This document shows, piece after piece, positions 11,840 through 22,832 of a stretch of 64,000 nt of DNA. Position numbers and translations under genes: made by a program. This stretch comes from Selaginella moellendorffii (taxonomy: Eukaryota > Plantae > Lycopodiophyta), in the NCBI RefSeq assembly GCF_000143415.4, contig NW_003314279.1, positions 62,001 to 126,000 on the forward strand. Reading direction: 5' to 3'. The notes under the pieces are model-generated. The model had not been told where the DNA came from. It ran no database searches and saw only the letters and a program-made list of their open reading frames with translations. Within the stretch, counting starts at the first letter, position 1, and the number at the start of each line of letters is the position of its first letter.

Positions 11840-12400
11840 GAGAACAAAGTGCCCGGTTTTCTGTAAAGGAGGAAGCTTCAAACCTGAAGTTGCCACTTAG
11901 TTGGTTGCTGGAGACGTTGAAGTAAGCCAGAAAGCTCAAGAGTGTGAGCTGCGATGGAATGCCCTATTAGGCAGATCCAGAGATTCCATGACCGAGCTCA
12001 CTGGGTATGGAACCATCGAAATTGTTGAAAGCCATGTTCAAGTTCCTCAGAGCAACCAGTCCGCTGGAATGTCGCCGCTGAGGTTGTTGCAGGACACGTC
12101 TATGGAGGTCGTTGACTCGAAGATGTCTCCTGCAACTCGGAACGAGCCCTTCCAATCTATGAGCACCGTGTAGGATATCATGCTGGGAAAAAGCATCTTG
12201 CTCTCATCCCAAGCCTGTCTCCAGTTGACGTAAACAGAGTCTCCAAACAAACTGCTCCATTGCTCAAATATCTGCCACTCCTTGGAAACAATCGATACTA
12301 CCCGTTGCTGCTGCTGCTGCTCGTCAACTCCTCCCGTAATGTTTTTGACAAGCTTAAAAAGACAAAAAAAAATCTTCCTAGCGCCGTGCCACACACACTT
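11840..12400 (-). pseudogene. LRR receptor-like protein (RLP) relic
   Basis: Frameshifted pieces in RLP order: island 'VLIDWKGSF', 'SIDVSCNNLSGDIP', 'LVALRNLNMAFNNFDGSIPSELG', 'LSFLAYFNVSSNQLSG', and C-cap 'FEASSFTENRALC'. Stops and frameshifts separate them. Confidence 0.75.
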
Positions 12401-13019
12401 GCTGGTTGGAGTGTCTGTACACTTTCTAATTGTCTATAGGCTGCAGCTTACCAATTAATTGGGCCATGGAAACGCATCCTGCTTCCACGGATCCCGAAGT
12501 GTCGAATACCTGAGCAGTCTTCTGGATACGATGTTCAGGTTGAATCCAGGAATATTTTTCTGTATTTTAGATGTCTTTAAACTTTTTAAATTCCACCAGT
12601 CTTGCATGTTATATCGAAAGATTCTAGGACAATGATCTGCCTACGATTTATTCTGGTCCAATTTCATGTTTGACTCTTAATTAAGAGAGGCGAAATAAGA
12701 TTACAAACTGTCCAAAACATAGTGGTCCTTGGCCATGACTGACCAGTGATCAAGTCTGGGACGTCCTATAAGACTGCTGACTGAATTAAGACTTGAATGT
12801 GTTGTTTCTTTGACGGACTCTGTCATTTTTTGGTGATGTTTGGCTTTCAAACTCAAAGTCATTCTTGATGACTCAGTTTCACTATTTCTTGAAATTTCAT
12901 GAAATATAATAATATTTACTTAAGAGTGGTTATCTTGAAATTTTATGAATCATTGAAATATAAGAATCTATTAATAAGACATACTTAAGAGTCTCCTAAT
13001 AGGCCGAGATGAACAAAGC

Positions 13020-14867
13020 ATGCGCTCATGCTTGGATGATCTCGTTCGTCTCGCAAACAGTGCAAGTCCCTCCACTGCCGAGCATGTCGAAGCCCAGATT
13101 TTGTCTCTTGGAAACTCCACATTCCTGCGCAATGTGCTCGTCCAAATGCACGGGAACTGCGGGAATACATGCCGTGCACGTCAGCTGTTCGATTCCACGC
13201 CCCAGAAAGACAGCTACTCGTGGAATTTCATGCTCAGGGCATATGCCCGGAACGGGCATGTGGACGAGGCAAAGTCGCTCTTTGATTCCATGCCAGAATG
13301 GGATCTCGTCTCGTCCACAATCATGCTCAAAGTATTTGCAGATACCGAGAACATTGAACTTGCCGAGGATATTTTTAACTCCATGCAGGTCAAAGACCCC
13401 ATTTCATACAATGTCATGATATCTGCATATGCCGAAGTTGGGCAAATTGGCAGAGCAAAGACACTGTTTAATGTCATGCCTTTTCGGAATGCTGCTTCAT
13501 GGACCACAATCCTCATCGTGTACTGTCGCAACTTTAGCGTTGATGATTCTAAAACGCTGTTTGAATCTATGCCCAGGCCGGATCTTATCGCATGGAATGC
13601 CATGCTCTCAGTATATGCCGCAGCCGGGAATTTACTCTCTACGAAAGCTCTGTTTGATAGGATGCCAGCGTGGGATCTTGCATCGTTTACGCTACACTTG
13701 TCCGTACTCATCCAAGCCAAGGATCGGGATCGGGCGGAGAAATGGTATCGATCTCTACCGGAGTACGACATTGTGTCTTGCACGGCAATGCTGGAAGCAT
13801 ATGCCCAGAATGGGCATCTGGAAGATTCTAAGAATTTGTTTGACAGTATGCCGCACCGGAGTATGGTGTCGTGGGCAGCCATGCTAGAGGCATATGCCGT
13901 ACATGGGAAAATTGCAGAGGCTAGATGCTTGTTTGGAGACATGAGGGAATGCGATCTCTTCTCTGTGGCGACAATGATCTCTGCCTTCTCGAGGAGTGGC
14001 GATGTGGGATCGGCCAAGCATCTGTTTGATGCAATGCCGGATCACGACCAGGTTTCCTGGAACGCAATTCTGAATGCTTACGCTCACAATGGCCTCTGTG
14101 ATGGAGCGAAGGAAGTATTTGATCGGATGCCGCGGCGCGACCTGATCTCCTGGACCGGGATGATAGGCTGTTATGCCCAAACTGGGCATCTGGAAGATGC
14201 TAGGGGCGTGTTTCTTGGAATGCCGTTCAGGGATTTGATCTGCTGGAACATTATGCTTCTTGCATACTCTCAAATGCAAAGTCTTGTCGAGACTCATGAA
14301 CTCTTTAACAGCATGCCAGATGCAAACCAGGTGTCTTGGAACATCCTCCTCTCCGCATATGCCCAGAGAGGGCATACTGCGAAATCAACTTCGCTCTTTC
14401 ACCGCATTCCAGACCGAAACCTCGTCTCCTGGAACACGATGCTGTCCATGCACGCACACGATTTCGACGTCGCGCTCGAGTTTTTCCAGAGAATGCTGGC
14501 CGAGGGCCTTGAGCCCGACGACATCTCGTTCACTGCGTTGCTCGTTGGATGCGTCCACACCGGCGACTTGAAGATGGCGAGGGGCATCTGCCAAGGCATG
14601 AGCCGAGACCACGGTTTGGTCGCGACCAAGCAGCAGTTCGGCTGCATGGTAGACCTCTTGAGCAAGTCCGGCTACCTCCAATCGGCGAGGGATCTGATGA
14701 GAAGCATGCCTTTCGAGCCAGATGGTTTCGAGTGGATCTGCTTGCTTGGAGCGACAGGGGACGTTGGAGTTGACAGAGCTGGAGCTGCCAAAGAGGTGAC
14801 TAGATTGGATCCCAGCAATGGAGCACCATATGTGCTCCTGGCAAACGCAAGACTAGCCACAGCTTGA
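13020..14867 (+). CDS. PLS-class PPR protein with tandem 31-aa repeats and partial E domain, intronless
   Basis: Repeated 'D.VSWN.ML.AYA..G....A..LFD.MP' units ending in 'MPFEPDGFEWICLLGA..DPSNGAPYVLLAN'. No DYW domain. Confidence 0.93.
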   Translation: MRSCLDDLVRLANSASPSTAEHVEAQILSLGNSTFLRNVLVQMHGNCGNTCRARQLFDSTPQKDSYSWNFMLRAYARNGHVDEAKSLFDSMPEWDLVSSTIMLKVFADTENIELAEDIFNSMQVKDPISYNVMISAYAEVGQIGRAKTLFNVMPFRNAASWTTILIVYCRNFSVDDSKTLFESMPRPDLIAWNAMLSVYAAAGNLLSTKALFDRMPAWDLASFTLHLSVLIQAKDRDRAEKWYRSLPEYDIVSCTAMLEAYAQNGHLEDSKNLFDSMPHRSMVSWAAMLEAYAVHGKIAEARCLFGDMRECDLFSVATMISAFSRSGDVGSAKHLFDAMPDHDQVSWNAILNAYAHNGLCDGAKEVFDRMPRRDLISWTGMIGCYAQTGHLEDARGVFLGMPFRDLICWNIMLLAYSQMQSLVETHELFNSMPDANQVSWNILLSAYAQRGHTAKSTSLFHRIPDRNLVSWNTMLSMHAHDFDVALEFFQRMLAEGLEPDDISFTALLVGCVHTGDLKMARGICQGMSRDHGLVATKQQFGCMVDLLSKSGYLQSARDLMRSMPFEPDGFEWICLLGATGDVGVDRAGAAKEVTRLDPSNGAPYVLLANARLATA

Positions 14868-14973
14868 AAGCTTACCACGCGTGTTCCAACCATTGTGATA
14901 CAGTGCTGGACTACTGGCTTCTAGCGTGAAATCTATGTACCTTTGGAGAAGCTTACTTACATTCATGGATGGA

Positions 14974-15669
14974 TCACGTATGCTTGGGCAGCGAGTTGAT
15001 GAACGCGTTGTACGAGGAGTCGAGATCGAAGAGGAGCTGCCGCGCCTGCTGCTCCGTGAGCTCGTCCGAGGCGCCCATCTTGTTGAGCTTGGCGATCCAG
15101 TCCCGCGTCTTCACCTTGCCCTCGAAGTCGGCGGTGAGCTGCGGCACCCGGTTGAGCGCCGAGAGGAGGTCCAGCAGCAGCGGGTGGATCTGATCCACCG
15201 CCACCATGTTGAGCTTGAGCGAGTCCATGGCGGTGATGTAGTGCTGGACGCACTCGGCCACCGCCACCGCGGTGGCGCCGGCGTCGAAGGACGAGGAGGT
15301 GGCGCTCTTGTGCTCCACCGTGGCGGGGATGCCCGAGACGAGCAGCCGGTTGTGCGCGGCGGGGCAGTCCATCTTGTAGGCGGCCATGAAGCGGTCCACG
15401 TCGGGCACCACGTCGCGCAGCGCGTTCTTGAGCGTCCGGAACTGCGCGATGAGCTTGGTGCACCACGGCTCGTAGTCCCGCGCGCTCATCGCGTCGCGCA
15501 CGTACGCCTTCTCCAGCTTCTCCGTCGTCTTGATGATGGCGAAGAGATCCGCGAAGTTCTCGAACATCTCGCGCTCGCGCTTGTCGGACCACAGCTTCAC
15601 CTCTTGCTGGTGCTGGTGGTGCTGGAGCTGATGCTGCTGCTGCTGCTGCGGATGGAGCGGGTACGCCAT
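14974..15669 (-). CDS. VPS28: ESCRT-I subunit VPS28, intronless
   Basis: 'EVKLWSDKREREMFENFADLFAIIKTTEKLEKAYVRD', 'FMAAYKMDCPAAHNRL', 'ELTEQQARQLLFDLDSSYNAF'. Confidence 0.97.
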   Translation of the reverse strand: MAYPLHPQQQQQHQLQHHQHQQEVKLWSDKREREMFENFADLFAIIKTTEKLEKAYVRDAMSARDYEPWCTKLIAQFRTLKNALRDVVPDVDRFMAAYKMDCPAAHNRLLVSGIPATVEHKSATSSSFDAGATAVAVAECVQHYITAMDSLKLNMVAVDQIHPLLLDLLSALNRVPQLTADFEGKVKTRDWIAKLNKMGASDELTEQQARQLLFDLDSSYNAFINSLPKHT

Positions 15670-16229
15670 TTCTTCCTCTTCCTCCTCCTCGCGATCCTGC
15701 CCTAACCCTAACACTCCACGAAGAGCCCTAAAAATGTTTGGACCACACTGTACGGGTTATAATGGTGGTAGCTCCCAAGTTCGCGTCGCGTGGGACTCCA
15801 CAGACAAGGCACAAGCGGCCAATATGCGCGTTTTCGCGCATTTGTCGTACTAACACGACGCGCAGATGCTTGGGAAAAAAAAGTGGCCACGCAAATAAAA
15901 ACTATGGACAATCCAATTAAAAGCGCGAGTAAACAGCCTCGAGTTCCCATGATCCCTGGAAGTTCAGCAATCAATCCTTGCTTTGCTTTTCTTTGCTTTG
16001 CTGATTTTCTTGCTTGGGACACCCGCTGCTCAAAGTCAAGGCTCTCCACGATTTCTTTTCTTTTTTGCTTGCCAGCAAGCATGCTTTGTTGACTAAAATC
16101 GCAGGAAGTCGATGCCGATGCTAGTTGGATTCATTCGTAGCTGCTGCAGCAAAAGGATGGAATTAGATTCTTCTTCGATTGAGTAGATTACCGGATCCGC
16201 CAGAGGGGAGAGCTCGCTCGGAGCTGGAG

Positions 16230-17864
16230 ATGACATCGTACGAGAAAGTCAGAAGCAATGGAGCATGGATTTCATCCAGACCTGTGAAAATTCTGCTGCT
16301 CATCTTCCTCCTGGGACCCCCTTTTCTCCTCATTTGCATTGAAACTATCGTCGAGCAGCGAGGGAGAGAATTGACTTCCACCATCCTGGACAAGCTCAGC
16401 TTCGATAGCCTCAGCAGTAGCAACAAGAGTATCACCACCAGCAGCAACGAGACTATCACCAGCAGCAGCACCAGCAGCAGCAATGTCACCACCAAGAACA
16501 ATGTAAGTAGTGAAGACGATTGCCCCTGCTACAGTAGATGCGAGCAGGATTCCCTGCGGCGGCCATCTCGAATTCACAGTCTACCCCCGGCCCTGTCCAC
16601 TGCATTGGCTGCGTACGAGAGGATGCATTCCAGTTGCTACCACTCGCGAGACTTGAGTAAAGCCATCCAGGCTCCAGATCCAAATGACCCCTGTAGATAT
16701 CTCGTCTTCCTCCAGGACGGCAAATTCGGCCTGGGAAACCACATCCTCTCTCTCCTGTCCGCCTTCGTCTACTCCCTGCTCACCAACAGGATGCTTCTCG
16801 TCGACACGCGAAACCATATTCCCGAGCTCTTTTGCGAGCCTTTTAGAAACTCCTCCTGGCTGCTGCCTCCTGATTTTCCGTACGATCGTCTTCTTCTAGC
16901 ACCGATGCTTGCAGATGGCCTCAAACAGAAGTTCAGGCACGGCAGCACTGTCCACCTGATGCTGCTCAGCCAGCAAACGCCGCAAGAGCAGCTTTTCTTC
17001 TGTCCCGACACGCAGACCCGGCTCGAGAAAGTGCGCTGGATTGGCTGGAGCAGCAACCAATACTATGTTCCCAGATTTTTCACGTTCCCACGTTTCTGGA
17101 GGCCTCTAGTTTCTCTGTTCCCGGATGTTTCCTTGACCTTCACGCACCTAAGTAGGTACCTCATTCTTCCTCAAAACCCCGTCTGGGAGAAAATCCGTCG
17201 CTACCATTTCGCGTACTCGTCACTGGTTCAGGGAAAGGCAGTAGGAGTCCAGATTCGACGAAGGGAAAATGCGGAATTCCACGAGCCAACGTACAGACGG
17301 ACCATGCAGTGCCTCGTTGAAAACGGTCTTGTGCCAAGCGTTTCAGAGTCCGGTCACGACATCCCAGCTGACAAAGGCCAACACCAGTCAAGAAAAAACA
17401 GGACTAAAGTTTTCGTTACCTCGTTGCAAAGCAGGTACTACGAGGAGCTCCGGAATACATATATAAACAAGCCTACGGTTGACGGTAGCCTTGTACGGGT
17501 CCATACGATGTCACACGACGAAGTCGAGTCTCAATCTTACGAGCAAGTTCGCAACGCGTTGGCAGAGATGTGGCTCCTCAGCTTGAGCGACGAGCTAGTG
17601 ACGAGTAGCTGGTCGACGTTTGGATACGTCGCGCAGGGACTAGGTGCGCTTCGGCCTTACATCCTCAACATCAAGGGTGACTTCGGGAAGGACGGCCTCC
17701 CGGCATGCTCTCTCGGACAGTCTATCGAGCCCTGCAATCAGTTTCCGTTCAGTTCAGTGTGCGAAAGAAACGAAACCGCTGATTTGGAGCACAGCGAATG
17801 GATCAAAGCGCACATCAGACCTTGCCAAGACGAACCCAGCGGCATCCAGCTTATACAGGACTGA
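16230..17864 (+). CDS. Galactoside 2-alpha-L-fucosyltransferase (GT37, xyloglucan FUT1-like), intronless
   Basis: Type II transmembrane segment, Ser/Thr stem, then 'GLGNHILSLLSAFVYSLLTNRMLLVD', 'LFCEPF..SSWLLPPDFP', 'GVQIR', 'ALAEMWLLSLSDELVTSSWSTFGYVAQGLG'. Confidence 0.95.
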   Translation: MTSYEKVRSNGAWISSRPVKILLLIFLLGPPFLLICIETIVEQRGRELTSTILDKLSFDSLSSSNKSITTSSNETITSSSTSSSNVTTKNNVSSEDDCPCYSRCEQDSLRRPSRIHSLPPALSTALAAYERMHSSCYHSRDLSKAIQAPDPNDPCRYLVFLQDGKFGLGNHILSLLSAFVYSLLTNRMLLVDTRNHIPELFCEPFRNSSWLLPPDFPYDRLLLAPMLADGLKQKFRHGSTVHLMLLSQQTPQEQLFFCPDTQTRLEKVRWIGWSSNQYYVPRFFTFPRFWRPLVSLFPDVSLTFTHLSRYLILPQNPVWEKIRRYHFAYSSLVQGKAVGVQIRRRENAEFHEPTYRRTMQCLVENGLVPSVSESGHDIPADKGQHQSRKNRTKVFVTSLQSRYYEELRNTYINKPTVDGSLVRVHTMSHDEVESQSYEQVRNALAEMWLLSLSDELVTSSWSTFGYVAQGLGALRPYILNIKGDFGKDGLPACSLGQSIEPCNQFPFSSVCERNETADLEHSEWIKAHIRPCQDEPSGIQLIQD

Positions 17865-17875
17865 TTTGTTTTTTG

Positions 17876-19801
17876 CTACTTGGCAGCGATGCAATCCAGT
17901 ACTCTTCGGATGTCAGTAGCGGACGGATTTAGCTTCAATGCCTGCACAGTTTTGATAATCACTGTCGATAAAAAAAAAAAGTTTGCAGCAATACCTCCTT
18001 GAAGTCTGTGACAGCATCTTCAAGGTCTCCCAGGTGGCCCTTCGCACATCCTCGCCTTGCTAAAACACAGCTTTGAGCACGTCTTTTCCATTCTTCGGAA
18101 TCATCTGAGGCAGCTGCTCTCAGTAAATCCAAAGTGTCCATTGGGAGGAAATCCTTCTCCAAGGACATGAGTTTTGGAGCGGTAGACTGTTCAGCTTCAG
18201 TTTTGTCCTGGGCAATCTCGTTGTCTTGTCCACTTAAAAGCTGGAGTGCTCTCGTACAGTCATTGATACAAGCTTGCATCTGGCTCATCTGCAAGTAGCA
18301 GGCTGCTCTGTTTGCACGAGATCTGTGCTTGTTAAGGAGTGTATCAGAGTGATGAAATGTAGAAATGAAGGATACAAAAACAGTGAAGCATCCTTTTGTA
18401 TGGCATCAGAGTACGCATTGACCGCACTTCTGAAGTCTCCAGCGCTGCAGTTTCACAAACAAAAGCCAATGCAGGCGTTACAAATTAGCTTTCCAGAAAT
18501 ACCTGTAGAATTTGTCGCCTTTGTCTTGCAGAAACAGTGGTTCCCTGAAGGTAGAATACTTTCAAGATTACAACTAGGATATTGAAAAAAGAGCACCTTT
18601 CCGAAACATCAATCGCGTCATTGGAGATGGGAGCATGCTTTATAAGTTGAAGTTCTTTCTCTGACAAGCCATAGTTAGCATTGTACCAAGCGGAGTCATA
18701 ATGTACCTCTACTTTCACGCGCTGGAAGATGATTGGGAAGTGTTTTCTTCGTAAATGAAATGTAAACTCGAAAACCTCTTCGAGGAGCAGGCAACAATCT
18801 TTCCCCAGGTTTCAATGTCGCAACTTTGGCAGAAGCTAATCGTTTGGGCTCCAGTTTCTGAACTGTGTTTGCCTCGTCAATCTTTCCTGAAGCTTGAGTA
18901 ACGTTATCCCATTCAAGCATAAGATCCTCCTGTTTACAAGTTATAAACCCCTTTTTAGAATCACCAGCGGACAACGTTTCGACGTCATGCTGGCTGTTCT
19001 CTCGTGATACACCTTGTTGCCACGAGTTTAATGCATCCTGCGCGCAAGGCAAAGGATTTTTTAATAATCATCTTCGAGACTATGAGAGAACTTACACGTT
19101 CTTCTTTCAGCTCCGCTTCTTTCCTTGCCTGAATGGTTTTTCGCCTGGCCTTCGAAACAATGTTCGAGTGATCTTAGTCTTTTGCAGTAGCGAAAGTAAG
19201 AGGAAGAAGAAACTTACATCTTCAAGCTTCATTTGGCTGCCAACTGCTAACCGTCGTATATGGGAGATTTTTGCTTTGGCCTCTTCTTTTGTCTGCAGCA
19301 ACAACGTTAAAAACCGCCCGTATAGCAGCAGCCGAAAAGGAAACTCAAACTTTTTGGGCATTCTCTCTCACGGCATCCAAAGACTGCTGACGTCGCTCCA
19401 AGATAGCCTGCCTATCTCCACATCTCGTCAACCTACCCCAAAGTTCTTCGGTCTTCTGCAATCCTGGGAAAAATAAATATAAAAGGTACCACTAAACCCC
19501 AAAGTTCTATACCTTGAACATGAAGAACTTCACCACCGCCTTGTCCACCATAGCCGAGCTTTTCTTCGAATCGATATCATCGTAGAGATCGGCTTGGAAC
19601 AAGTACGGCGAGCAGTTGACTTTGATGTAGCAGTCTGTAGCTGCACGGTGAAAAGCCGAAGCAAGTTAACTCCAACGAACAAACCAGAACAAACGACTTA
19701 CTGATAATGTCGAGAGCTGCCTGTGACACGGAATGGAGAAAAACCTCGACAGTGACCCATGCTGGAGTTTCGCTCCACGAGTACGTCGGAGTGATCGGCA
19801 T
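17876..19801 (-). CDS. DNAAF4: Dynein axonemal assembly factor 4 (DYX1C1/PF23): CS domain plus TPR, multi-exon
   Basis: CS domain 'YSWSETP..DII|TTDCYIKVNCSPYLFQADLYDDID', then 'LPAPRRGFRVYISFT..LPARESR', TPR 'RRGCAKGHLGDLEDAVTDFKE|ALKLNPS'. TAG at 17876-17878. Confidence 0.85.
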
Positions 19802-19839
19802 TTCCGGAACCGATACCTAACTTCACGCCACCGGGACAT

Positions 19840-22260
19840 CTAACCAACCGTTGCCGCATATTCTTCTTCCGGAAAGCGAGAGGCTATGACCTCCCTCAAG
19901 CTCTCAGCGTCTCTTTCCACCCCAGCCGCAAAGTAGATGTTGGATAGAAGCACATAAGGCGACGGGTCCTCCGGGTCGAGCTCAAATATCCGCTCGGCGG
20001 CATACTTCCCGAGCTCCACGTTGCCTTGGAGCTTGCAACCACCGAGTAGCGTCATCCACGACATTACGTCCGGTTCCGCTGGCATGTCGAGTATGAGCGC
20101 GATCGCGTCGTTGAGCCGTCCCGACCGTCCCAATAGATCGACCAAGCTCACGTAGAGATCCAGCGTCGGCGTCAATCCATGGTCGGGTCCCATCGACAAG
20201 AAGTAGTCCCGGCCTCTGTCCAAAGACCCGGCATGGCTGAGAGCATGGAAGATGCACGTAAAACTGATGTTGTCACCCTGTATGCCTTCAAGGAAGAGCC
20301 TGTGGAAAACGTCCACCGCTTCGTTGTAGTAGCCGTTCTGTGAGTAGGCCATCACCATCCCGTTCCACGAGATAACGTTTCGCTGCTGGTTGTTCTCGAA
20401 AACGTGACGAGCAGTGACTAGATCCCCGAACCTCGCGAACATGTTTACCAGAACTGTCCCGACGATGGCATCGGTTTTCTCTAGCTCGTGCTTGCAGAGG
20501 TCCTGGTAAATTCTCCTTCCAGCCTCCAGTGAGCCCGATACGAGGCAGGCCGTGAGAACGTTGGTGAAAGTGATTGCGTTTCCTTGAACACCTGCGCTCT
20601 TCATTCTCTCGTAGATGACGAGAGCCTCGGTTACGTCGTCTCCATACTGAGCGTAGGCAATGATGATCCCGTTCCAAGAGGCCTCGTCCTTGACAGCCAT
20701 CTCCTCAAAGGCCTTCCTTGCAAGCTCCACATCCCCCAGCTTTGCGTACATCTTGATCAACGAGTTGTTGATCACAGCATCCGATCGAAACTCGCTTACG
20801 GCAATCTGTTCGTGGATCCGCCTGACTTCCTCCACGCTGGAACAGGCACCCAGTATGCTCGCGAAGATAAAGTCGTTTGGTTCCAGACCTTGCAGCTCCC
20901 TGCTCTGATAGACGTCGAATGCCTCCTTGTTCCGCCCGTGCTGGACGTAAGCCGCGATGATCGCGTTCCATGACACGTCCGACTTGACGGGAATCTGGTC
21001 GAACAGCCGCTTAGCCTCGCCGAGCCGCTGGCACTTGGCGTACATGTTGATGAGAGCGTTCTGGACCGTGTCGGAAACCAGACCGCTCGCAGCAGCACGC
21101 CGGTGGACAGCCTTTCCCATCTCAAGGCTTCCCAAGTTCGCGCAAGCAGTGAGGACGCTAGAGAAAGTGCAAGCGTTGGGCTGCAAGCCTTCCAAGTCCA
21201 TCTTCATCAGCAAGCCCAAAGCCTCCCTGTTCTTCCCATGCTGGATGTAGATCGAAACCATGACGGTCCAGGAAACCACATTCCTTCTCTCCATCCCCGC
21301 GAAAATCTCCTCGGCGTCGCGTAAGCTGCCACAGTTCCCATACATGCTTAGAAGAGCAGTGTCGACGATCACATTGTGTGAGAGCTTACTTGCAAGAAGA
21401 TGGCGATGGACGATCTTCCCGGTCTCGAGAGCCTCGCGTCCCAAACTCGCACAAGCTCCCAGGACGCTCGAGTAAGTGATGACGCTTCTCGCCACCCCCT
21501 GCGACTCCATCTGGTTGTAGACCTCGATCGCCTCCCAGCAATGCCCTTGCTGCGCATACGCAGAGATCATACAGTTCCACGAGACCAAGCTCTTCTCGGC
21601 GGTGCCATCGAACACCGCCTTGGCCTCCTCGATGCTGCCACACTTCGCATACATGGTGATGAGAGAATTGCTCGAGACTGTGTCGGGCACCAGCTCGTTC
21701 CTGGCGTTCATCTGCGAGTGGATCCTCTTCCCCTCCTCCAGAGCCCCGATCCCACCGCAAGCCCCCAGAATTGTCGAGAATGTAAAGCGATCCGGTTCCA
21801 GATCCATCGTCTTGTAGAGATCCAGCGCGGCGCCCGGCAATCCATTCTCGACGTAGGCCGCGAGGATGAGATTCCAGCTGTAGACGCTCCGGCGCGGCAT
21901 CCGATCGAAGACACCGCGCGCCTCGTCCAGGCGCTGGCACTTGCCATACATCTGGATGAGAAGCTCCGCGAGCATGATATTGGATGCGTACCCAGTGTGG
22001 CGGATGTGATCGTGGACGAGGCGGCCGTCGGGAAGGGATCCAGCGTTGGCGCAGCGCCGCAGGAGCGAGGAATAGGTCGCAATGTAGCTGAAATGGCTCA
22101 CGTCCGCCGCTGCCTCGCAATCGAGCCGCGCCAGCGTGCTCGCCACCGAATCGTCGCCAATGCGGCCTCCTCCATCCAGCGGCGGGAGAGATTTTCCCCG
22201 CGGCGGCAGGAGGAGAGTGGAGGCGTGGGTGAGTCGGAGCTTGAGCTGCCTGGAAGCCAT
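19840..22260 (-). CDS. PLS-class PPR protein with E domain (806 aa), intronless
   Basis: Regular P-L-S triplets, an N-terminal targeting-like peptide, and C-terminal 'MPAEPDVMSWMTLLGGCK..ELDPEDPSPYVLLSNIY'. No DYW domain. Confidence 0.95.
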   Translation of the reverse strand: MASRQLKLRLTHASTLLLPPRGKSLPPLDGGGRIGDDSVASTLARLDCEAAADVSHFSYIATYSSLLRRCANAGSLPDGRLVHDHIRHTGYASNIMLAELLIQMYGKCQRLDEARGVFDRMPRRSVYSWNLILAAYVENGLPGAALDLYKTMDLEPDRFTFSTILGACGGIGALEEGKRIHSQMNARNELVPDTVSSNSLITMYAKCGSIEEAKAVFDGTAEKSLVSWNCMISAYAQQGHCWEAIEVYNQMESQGVARSVITYSSVLGACASLGREALETGKIVHRHLLASKLSHNVIVDTALLSMYGNCGSLRDAEEIFAGMERRNVVSWTVMVSIYIQHGKNREALGLLMKMDLEGLQPNACTFSSVLTACANLGSLEMGKAVHRRAAASGLVSDTVQNALINMYAKCQRLGEAKRLFDQIPVKSDVSWNAIIAAYVQHGRNKEAFDVYQSRELQGLEPNDFIFASILGACSSVEEVRRIHEQIAVSEFRSDAVINNSLIKMYAKLGDVELARKAFEEMAVKDEASWNGIIIAYAQYGDDVTEALVIYERMKSAGVQGNAITFTNVLTACLVSGSLEAGRRIYQDLCKHELEKTDAIVGTVLVNMFARFGDLVTARHVFENNQQRNVISWNGMVMAYSQNGYYNEAVDVFHRLFLEGIQGDNISFTCIFHALSHAGSLDRGRDYFLSMGPDHGLTPTLDLYVSLVDLLGRSGRLNDAIALILDMPAEPDVMSWMTLLGGCKLQGNVELGKYAAERIFELDPEDPSPYVLLSNIYFAAGVERDAESLREVIASRFPEEEYAATVG

Positions 22261-22832
22261 AGCTCCAGCAGCATTCTTGCAAGAGCCCTAAAAATTAGGG
22301 CGGTCATTCTTTCCCCCCGAAATATTTTTTCGGGAGGGAGGAGAAGAAGATGGCGCGTACGCATTCGAAGTCAAGCGAGTCACATTCAAGAGGTACTCTC
22401 GATTGCTGCGTGCTTGCTTCTTGTGCAAGGATTTCCCTTCTTCCTTGCGTTTTCTTCCTGCGCAAGAATTTCTCTTCTTCCTTGCGCTTTCTTCTTGCGA
22501 GATTTGAGAGAATTGCTCTACGATTTTAGCCAGCTCTTCAGCCAAAGCATCCTGTTTTATTCTTTCATCTTTCCACTCTTTGCGTGTATCAGATGTTCGA
22601 ATAGTTTGGAAGAGAACAAAGCTGTGACTTTTCTTTGTTCTTTTTGTTGTTCTTCTTTTCCTCTCTGTGTGTTTGATTCCAACTTTACCACTACAAAACT
22701 TGTTGTGACGAGATCAAACTATGTACAGTTTCCTTAAAGGAGATCTTGCTGCCGAATCCAAACAGAAGAATCGATCCTATCCAAGGCACTTGTGACTTTG
22801 ACGTGGTACTTCCGAACTCTCCTCTCGTGCTC

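Noticed and set aside
14926-15705. 259-aa + strand ORF and other long overlapping ORFs
   Set aside because: Antisense shadows of the very GC3-rich VPS28 CDS, with no independent motif.
15700-15711. CCCTAACCCTAA as an interstitial telomere
   Set aside because: Only two units in a 5' leader; better explained as a telo-box-like motif.
21400-22737. 445-aa + strand ORF, and similar ORFs at 29802-30780 and 50428-52437
   Set aside because: Antisense or alternative frames of GC-rich PPR genes.
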